Of a stretch of 64,000 nucleotides of DNA, positions 18,872 to 25,587 are shown piece by piece (positions within the stretch are counted from its first letter, which is position 1; every line of letters starts with the position of its first letter). This DNA is from a virus. The DNA lies in the IMG/VR virus record IMGVR_UViG_3300037200_000120, positions 34,893-98,892 of that record; one strand, written 5' to 3'. The notes beneath the pieces are model-generated. The model had not been told where the DNA came from. It made no database searches and saw only the letters and a program-made list of their open reading frames with translations. The position numbers and the translations under genes were made by a program.

Positions 18872-20550
18872 CAGACTTCTTCGATGTCGGCCGTGGCATA
18901 CGCCGCGATGAATGTCCTGGGAACCGGATCAGACACCACGATCCTAAACCGCCAGTCCCGAGCCGCGCCCAACTTCTTCCAGATCAGGCGCGTCGCATAG
19001 GCCCCGGTCTTCCCCAAACTCATCCAGAGTTGCCTGATGCCATAGGTTCTGCCTTGATCCTTGGAAATCATCAGCATGATTTGAGGGTCCGAGCCCTGCC
19101 CGGTCTGTGGCGCGTCGCCGACTTGCATGTTCAGTTCGAGTTTGGAGATGAAGACCCGCTTCCGGTCTTTGTGAACCGGGGGCGAATCGGCAAACCCGAT
19201 CATCGGCGATCCGAACTCGGTGTAAACCGAGTCGGAGAGGTAGCCGATCTGGCCGGATTGAGAATCCCCGATCAGGGTTTGATTGTTGAACACGACCGAA
19301 CAGTTGCCGCGCCACGCCCCGTCGAACGGCGTCGCGGCGACATACGATGTCCGCTCATGCCAGAGGCTGGTCGCGATGTCCAGTTCCCACGTCGCGTTGT
19401 TGCTGGGAAATTGCACTGCGACGAACTTGTGGCCGTTGAACGTGTAGGAGAACGCATAGGCATCTCCCGTGTTGGCATATTTCTGCCACGCGCCTTCGAT
19501 AGCGTGCGTGCTCATGCGCCTGAGTAAGACGCCGTCGAGGCGGTAGAACACCAGATCGTTGCCGAGAAAGAAAACCCCGTTGTCTTCCTTGACGATCGCC
19601 AGCGCAGCCGCGCAACCACGCTCGATCGTCGCCCCGTCATACCGGGAGAACGGATCGTTGTTCGCCCCGGTATCGTACCAGGTCTCGATCGTCTTCTGTT
19701 TGAAGATCAGAAGATTTTCTTGCTGGTTTACCGTCGCGAGAACGTAACTGGAATCGACGGAGGCCTCGTTGTAATCCAGCGCCGTATAAGTGGTTCCATC
19801 ATTATTGTTGGAGTAAACCCACTGGTTTGTTCCGGTGACGTCGTTGGTAAAATAGGTATCGAAGAATGTCGTCGTGGCTGCATCAGCGAAATTAGGGATC
19901 TGAGAAAACCCGACCGGAGGGCCAGTAAATGTCAGGTTGAAACTGGCCCCAGAACCGACGCCGGTGGTCGCCGCCTGTTCGGCTGGATTTGTGGGTTCGG
20001 TTCCATATTGGCCCGGCGAGTAGATCGTGAACGAAGCCGCAGCCGAGCCGCTGAGTGTGGCGACTTCGAGGATCGCCGGGTTCGTATAGGTTCCCCCGGC
20101 GACCGTGATCTGATCGCCGATCGCATAGTCCGAGCCGGAAGACCCGCCGACCGGCGTCGCGGCCGAGACATTGAACACGGAAGTCGGAGCATAGATCCAA
20201 CCGGCGACGCCGTTGACGATCTGGACTTGCGTTCCGTTGTTGGCCATCGAAACCGGGCCGAACCCGGCGATGCCAGAGCCCAACTCCGTCACCGTGTCGG
20301 CGACGGTCACGCTGTAGAGCGACTGTCCCGACACGAGGTAGAGGACGTTGTTCATGACGCTGAAGCCGCGGATCGGGCCGTTGCCCACCGTGACCAAAGT
20401 AATGATCCCAGGAGAGGCAATCACAGCGATGTCGGTTTTGGCGTCAGGCGGCTCTTTCTCGGCGTAGAGATTGACACAGCGTTGCGAGGATACCGGGAGG
20501 GAGTCGAGTTTGTACGATTGTGTCGACCATTGGATACGGAGCGGTTCCAT
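18871..20550 (-). CDS. Packaged DNA stabilization/tail hub protein (P22 gp10-like)
   Basis: SQRCVNLY, GPIRG, IERGCAA, TWELDIATSLWHER, SKDQGRTYG...LGKTGAY motifs. Confidence 0.85.
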   Translation of the reverse strand: MEPLRIQWSTQSYKLDSLPVSSQRCVNLYAEKEPPDAKTDIAVIASPGIITLVTVGNGPIRGFSVMNNVLYLVSGQSLYSVTVADTVTELGSGIAGFGPVSMANNGTQVQIVNGVAGWIYAPTSVFNVSAATPVGGSSGSDYAIGDQITVAGGTYTNPAILEVATLSGSAAASFTIYSPGQYGTEPTNPAEQAATTGVGSGASFNLTFTGPPVGFSQIPNFADAATTTFFDTYFTNDVTGTNQWVYSNNNDGTTYTALDYNEASVDSSYVLATVNQQENLLIFKQKTIETWYDTGANNDPFSRYDGATIERGCAAALAIVKEDNGVFFLGNDLVFYRLDGVLLRRMSTHAIEGAWQKYANTGDAYAFSYTFNGHKFVAVQFPSNNATWELDIATSLWHERTSYVAATPFDGAWRGNCSVVFNNQTLIGDSQSGQIGYLSDSVYTEFGSPMIGFADSPPVHKDRKRVFISKLELNMQVGDAPQTGQGSDPQIMLMISKDQGRTYGIRQLWMSLGKTGAYATRLIWKKLGAARDWRFRIVVSDPVPRTFIAAYATADIEEV

Positions 20551-20630
20551 GGGCTAAAAAATCGCCCACACCTGTTGATTGGTGTTGCATCTCATATTAT
20601 ATACACTCCCTCAATCGAGGTGGATCATTC

Positions 20631-21179
20631 ATGGAAGAAATATGGAAACCCGTCACTGGCTTTGAATTAGACTACGAAGTTTCTAACCTTGGCCGCGTAA
20701 AGCGCATCAGCCCGAACCGGGCTGGAAATACAAGGTTCGTCGGGCACATCATAAAACCAATGATGAGGACGCGCGGTTACCTCGGAATCTGTCTATGGAA
20801 AGATAGGAAGCCACACTCCAAACTTATCCATCGTATCGTTATGGAAACATTCGTTGGTCCGAGAGGGAACAACACGACGAACCACAAAAACGGAATAAAA
20901 ATAGATAATATGCTAGATAACTTGGAATACGTGACTCACTCCGAAAACATACAGCACGCATTGAACGTGCTTAAATCATTCAGACCAAGAAGTGGTGAAA
21001 CTCATCATCGCGCGACGATATCTGATGTTGACATGATCAGTATATGCAACAGACTCGACGCTGGAGAACGGCCCGGACCCATCGCTTCAGAATTTGGAGT
21101 AGCATACGGAACCATACGCGATTTCAGAGATCGAAATGGGAGATCAAAAAACGTTACGAAGAAATCATCCGCGCCCTGA
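20631..21179 (+). CDS. NUMOD4-HNH homing endonuclease (free-standing, antisense to structural operon)
   Basis: EIWKPVTGFELDYEVSNLGRVK (NUMOD4); IHRIVMETF...NHKNGIKIDNMLDNLEYVTHSENIQHA (HNH); AT-rich. Confidence 0.9.
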   Translation: MEEIWKPVTGFELDYEVSNLGRVKRISPNRAGNTRFVGHIIKPMMRTRGYLGICLWKDRKPHSKLIHRIVMETFVGPRGNNTTNHKNGIKIDNMLDNLEYVTHSENIQHALNVLKSFRPRSGETHHRATISDVDMISICNRLDAGERPGPIASEFGVAYGTIRDFRDRNGRSKNVTKKSSAP

Positions 21180-22130
21180 TTGATCGAAATCAACACCGAA
21201 AAGCATGGACTCAGGCTCGCGGTCCCATCCTTGGACTATCTCTAGCCAATAGGCAGCTTTCTGAGCGATCTTTTGAGCCCTAGCCTGCCCCACCCCGTAC
21301 TCGGGAACAAGCTCGTCTGCAAGTCCCCAAGTGAGAGCATTCGTCCACTCTTGCGGGAAATTTGGAGTGTCGGACGCATTTGAAAAGTCTCCCAGCGCCT
21401 GTAGGTAAGTGAACTTCATCGCCGAAAGCGAGTCTTGCGGCGCGGGCCACGCCCAGAACTTGCCGATGGTCTGTTGCGGATCATAGAAGAACGTCGTGAT
21501 CGTGCCGCCGGTATATTTGTTCGGCAGATCGCGATAATCGAGCCGGGACGACACGGTCAGTTCGGTCTCGATCAACGACGGCAGATAGAACCGCCGCGCG
21601 TTCGGAATCCGCAACGGCCGCGTCAGTTTGTTGGCGACGGGATAATCAACGACGATGGCGTTCAGATTGGCTTGGAGCGGAAGCGCAGCGGCCAGATTGA
21701 CGATCCCATTGGCGGGAGCGCCGGAGACCGTCGTCCAGAACAGGGTGTTCGTCGCCAACATCACGCCGATATTGTCGCCGGCGCCAAAACCTGCCGTCGA
21801 AACCAGAGAAATCGAAGTCGCGCCTTGGCCGGCCGCCGAAACGAGGGCGCCTTGCGTCCAGTTCGCATCGGTGCAGGCCTGATCCGTATTTGTCCCACCG
21901 AGCGAATAGCTGATTTGCGTCGGCTGAGTGAAGAGAACGCCTTCCGTTTCGGTCCAGACATGGAGTCCCGTGGCTTGCCACCCCGCTACGAGGGCGTTCA
22001 ACGCATCGTAGGCGTCGCTGATTTCCTGGTTGCCGGGGATTTCCCCGGCTTGGATCGCGTTGCACTGCCGGAGCGCCCGCAACATGATCGAGTTGACCGA
22101 GGGCGAGTAGACCGAAGAAGCTATCGCCAT
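21165..22130 (-). CDS. Head-to-tail adaptor/head completion protein (P22 gp4-like)
   Basis: IMLRALRQCNAIQAGE...DAYDALN N-terminus and FPQEWTNALTWGLADELVPEYG C-terminus. Confidence 0.75.
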   Translation of the reverse strand: MAIASSVYSPSVNSIMLRALRQCNAIQAGEIPGNQEISDAYDALNALVAGWQATGLHVWTETEGVLFTQPTQISYSLGGTNTDQACTDANWTQGALVSAAGQGATSISLVSTAGFGAGDNIGVMLATNTLFWTTVSGAPANGIVNLAAALPLQANLNAIVVDYPVANKLTRPLRIPNARRFYLPSLIETELTVSSRLDYRDLPNKYTGGTITTFFYDPQQTIGKFWAWPAPQDSLSAMKFTYLQALGDFSNASDTPNFPQEWTNALTWGLADELVPEYGVGQARAQKIAQKAAYWLEIVQGWDREPESMLFGVDFDQSGRG

Positions 22131-22732
22131 CAGGAAACCGAACTCAGCGCGTCGGCGAGCGATACTTGCGGCGCGCTCAGATTTTGCACGAGGTTTCCCG
22201 CCGATGCAGCGAAGGGGATAGCCGGAGAGATCGCGACTCCGGTATAGCCCTGCGTGCCGACCTGAGAGGGAAACCCAATGCTGAATCCAGCACTGAAAGA
22301 ACCTGGCACTGGATTTGGCTGGAATCCCGTGGCAAAATCGCTATTCCAATCACTGTTGTAATCCCCAGAGGTCAGATCGACGACGGTCGTGAAGAAGTTG
22401 CTTCCATCGTCCAGAATGATAGCGATGGTGTTCCCGGCCACCGCGTCGATCGAATTTTGGAGATAGAGCACATTGTTCTGAATAGCTGCAGCAAGCGCCA
22501 GCGTGGTTTCGAGGCCGAGGAACTGGTTTGCTTGACGCGGGCGCGCTTCGGGAGCGATTTGATTGTCGCGACGGCCGCGCACCCAATCTTGTGAATTACG
22601 GGCTTCCCACTCGCTGGTCGTAACCCAGTACCCCTGCCACGTTTTGCGAGTATTACCTTCTCTTTCTGCAAAACCGCTGAAATCCGAAATGCGGTACCAT
22701 GAGCCAGGCTTGTACCTCAACTTCGTTGACAT
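22130..22732 (-). CDS. Conserved hypothetical phage protein
   Basis: YKPGSWYRISDFSGF...WEARNSQDWVRG...ARPR motif; RBS GGAGGG. Confidence 0.6.
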   Translation of the reverse strand: MSTKLRYKPGSWYRISDFSGFAEREGNTRKTWQGYWVTTSEWEARNSQDWVRGRRDNQIAPEARPRQANQFLGLETTLALAAAIQNNVLYLQNSIDAVAGNTIAIILDDGSNFFTTVVDLTSGDYNSDWNSDFATGFQPNPVPGSFSAGFSIGFPSQVGTQGYTGVAISPAIPFAASAGNLVQNLSAPQVSLADALSSVS

Positions 22733-22855
22733 TATATACCCTCCGTCAACTTAGTTGGAACAGCCACATATGAAAATGAAGAGAATAAATCACAACCTTT
22801 GGCATCACCGCTTGATTAGAGCGAGCTATTTCAACGCCCGTGAGACAAGCCTAAT

Positions 22856-23245
22856 TCACACCCCAGCGATACAATCTAGGCTTATCACGAAGCCGGCCGT
22901 CGCAGAATTTATAGTCGTCGCGCTGATCAGGATATTCCCGTTCGGCGTGCCGGCCGCGTTGGGCAGGCCGGCGGAATAGCTATTCGACCAATCGATGATA
23001 TCCTCGCCCTGTCCGAGATAGGCCAGCGTGGCGGGGGTTCCACCCCCCCACGTCAGCGTAACAACCATGTTGGTGATTGAATATTTGATCCGCTTGACCT
23101 TGAGATGACCAAGCGGATTTTTGACGCACAGCGACCCGTTGAGGAACACGTAGTTGGTCAGACCCGTTCCGTCGGAGACGTCCGCGAGCGTGACGTTGAT
23201 ATTTCTGACGCCGTAATAAGGCGTGAACGTCAGCGCGTCGGCCAT
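22856..23245 (-). CDS. Hypothetical structural protein
   Basis: RBS GGAGGG; beta-rich composition; within structural operon. Confidence 0.6.
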   Translation of the reverse strand: MADALTFTPYYGVRNINVTLADVSDGTGLTNYVFLNGSLCVKNPLGHLKVKRIKYSITNMVVTLTWGGGTPATLAYLGQGEDIIDWSNSYSAGLPNAAGTPNGNILISATTINSATAGFVISLDCIAGV

Positions 23246-23268
23246 CTCGGCGACCCTCCCTTACAGCC

Positions 23269-24687
23269 TTACGAGACCGTCACGCCTTCGGCGAGCGGCC
23301 GATAGCGGATGTACGGCTTCCAAGTGCCGGTCACGGTCGGGCCCGAACCAACAACGATGTTGATAGTTCCCGCCGGCGCCATGATCGTGCCTGGATTGGC
23401 AATCAAATTGGGACCGTTGGCATTTAGCAGCGCCGCCGTGGCTAGCGCCGTGCCGGCCAGGGTAATGGAGGCGCCCGCTGCGGAGCTAGCCACAGAGGCG
23501 GAAGCCGCGCTGATGGTCTGCGTGCTTCCCGTCGTCGGGATCACTTCGAACTGCACCGTCGCCGCCGTCGAATCGCCGCCGACCGCGCAAATCAGGAACA
23601 GCGCCTCAATCAGAATTGGGCCACCGGCCACGGTGAACAGCGCGGCACCCGTGGTGAGCAGAATCGCCGCTTTAGTGATGGTCTTGGGCTGCAAGTCGAC
23701 GACGCCTTGGAGCAGCGCGTCGATCGAGGCCGTAGCGCTCGGCAGATAGACCGCAGCATCGGTCTTGTTGCCGATGACGTCACGCTCGAGGACGTTGGCC
23801 GACGAGTTCTGCGCCGGCACGGCAAAAGTCGCCGCCGAAGGGAGCCCAGCCGGGGTGACAGCGGAGCCGCCCTGGAAAGCCACGCCACCGATTCCATCAT
23901 ACCCGCTGACGAACCATGTCGAGCCGCCGACAGTATCGACCACGTTCTTGGTAATGGCGGTATTGTAGTTGTAGAAATAGCCGCTGACCTGAACGTCCAC
24001 GCAGGCGGTCGTGGCGAAATCGACGACCGCGGTCGACCAGGCGCCGTAGGCATTGACGACGATATCGGCATTGACGACGCCGACCAATTTGACCATCGTG
24101 ACGCCGATGGTCGAGGCTGTGAACCCTTGATGGGTGAGGTTGAGCGTGAGATTCGACGCCGCCGCAGTCGTGATGACGTCCGTCACCGCCCCAACCGTCG
24201 ACGAAACGTCCTGGACCAGCGCCGAGATATTGACGCCAGCGGCCTGAATCGCGAAGATCGTCGCCAGCGAGGCGATGTTGGCGACGAAGACGGGGAGCGC
24301 GCCGGGAGCGCCGCCGATAAAAGTATTCGCCCCCGTGATCAGAATGGTTGCGGTAGTCGCTGTTCCCAGCGTGAATGTCGCCGCCTCGGCGCCGACGCCT
24401 AGATTCCAGAAGGTCAGACCCGCTTTGCTGATCGTGAGGCCGCCGGCCGCGCTGATCGTCTCCGCATGCCCCGCCATCCAGACGATGACGTCGCCGGGGC
24501 TCGCCAGCGTGATCGCGCGCTGCGTCGTCTTGAGCGGCTGCGCGAACGAACCCGCGTTGCCGTCGACGCCCGTCGCCGAATTGACGAACCAGACCGAACC
24601 GGAAGTCGGAGGAATCCCCGCCGTTCCCATGGTAGGAACGCCGAACGAGGTGACGCCGAAAGGAAAATTGGTATAACCCATTGTCAT
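23269..24687 (-). CDS. Virion structural/decoration protein
   Basis: TNFPFGVTSFGVP N-terminus; VWFVNS...GNAGSFAQPLKT...GDVI beta-helix-like start; follows capsid gene. Confidence 0.6.
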   Translation of the reverse strand: MTMGYTNFPFGVTSFGVPTMGTAGIPPTSGSVWFVNSATGVDGNAGSFAQPLKTTQRAITLASPGDVIVWMAGHAETISAAGGLTISKAGLTFWNLGVGAEAATFTLGTATTATILITGANTFIGGAPGALPVFVANIASLATIFAIQAAGVNISALVQDVSSTVGAVTDVITTAAASNLTLNLTHQGFTASTIGVTMVKLVGVVNADIVVNAYGAWSTAVVDFATTACVDVQVSGYFYNYNTAITKNVVDTVGGSTWFVSGYDGIGGVAFQGGSAVTPAGLPSAATFAVPAQNSSANVLERDVIGNKTDAAVYLPSATASIDALLQGVVDLQPKTITKAAILLTTGAALFTVAGGPILIEALFLICAVGGDSTAATVQFEVIPTTGSTQTISAASASVASSAAGASITLAGTALATAALLNANGPNLIANPGTIMAPAGTINIVVGSGPTVTGTWKPYIRYRPLAEGVTVS

Positions 24688-24795
24688 GACTCCGAGAGTG
24701 CCCGGCGTGATTCGAACCGCCGCTTACCCGACCAGGGACACAGAGAGGATTGCGCTACGCGCCGCTGACGCCGGGTTTTGAGCCTTCGGGAGGGC

Positions 24796-25506
24796 TTAGA
24801 GCTTGTGCTTCGCTAGATAGGCGATGGCGCGTTGGAGAATGGCCTGATCGTCTCGACCGTAGCCGAGCATTCGATTGCAGCGGACGCAAAGGAGACCGCG
24901 AACCTTGCCGGTGTCGTGATCGTGGTCTACGGACAACTCTTGGACTACTTTCGTCCTCGAGTTGATGAAACTCTCAGGATTGCCGCATATGTCGCAAACA
25001 TACCCTTGAGCTTTCGCCAGGGCGGCATATTCCGTCACGTCGATGCCGAACTTTTTCTTCAGCGTCCAATTGCGGACGTAATCGGCACGCTCTTGCGGCG
25101 TGAAGTAGTCCTTGACGGGAACCTCAGGCGGCGGCAACCAGAACAGATTGTCTTTCACCCACGGGCCGGTAGGATCGATCAGCCTGAGAACATGCTTTGG
25201 GCCTGGACGCTCCCCGACATCGGCGAGGAAGGCGTCAAACCAGCGCCAGGAGGCCGGATAGTTGCCGGCCCCTAAGCGCAGCCTCGTATTTTTCCAGAGC
25301 GGCTTTAACGGGTGACTGTCCCGCGCGTAATGGTGCGAGCAAAGCTTCTTGGCGAAAACGATTTCCGTGCATCCCTCGATATCGCACGTTCTCGTCAATT
25401 CCGAGTATTCAGACAACGTACCGCTGGTGCGCTCGCTTTCGTAGCACCCAGTGCATAATCCGCGCCCTTGGTTGCGCTTATCTCTACCGCATTTCCTGCA
25501 TATCAT
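24796..25506 (-). CDS. Free-standing homing endonuclease, endonuclease VII family
   Basis: C-terminal KKFGI...Q...CDICG...LSVDHDHDTGKVRGLLCVRCNRMLG = Endonuclease_7 motif; N-terminal Cys-rich zinc motifs; start ATG 25506 inferred. Confidence 0.85.
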   Translation of the reverse strand: MICRKCGRDKRNQGRGLCTGCYESERTSGTLSEYSELTRTCDIEGCTEIVFAKKLCSHHYARDSHPLKPLWKNTRLRLGAGNYPASWRWFDAFLADVGERPGPKHVLRLIDPTGPWVKDNLFWLPPPEVPVKDYFTPQERADYVRNWTLKKKFGIDVTEYAALAKAQGYVCDICGNPESFINSRTKVVQELSVDHDHDTGKVRGLLCVRCNRMLGYGRDDQAILQRAIAYLAKHKL

Positions 25507-25587
25507 CCGGTTACGGCCATGGTAGGCCCCTCTGTTGAAGGAAGCCAACCATGTACCTTTTTGTTGACGACCAATCAAGATCAATCG

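Noticed and set aside
24698-24770. tRNA gene
   Set aside because: Only a T-arm-like hairpin is present; no D-arm or anticodon arm can be built.
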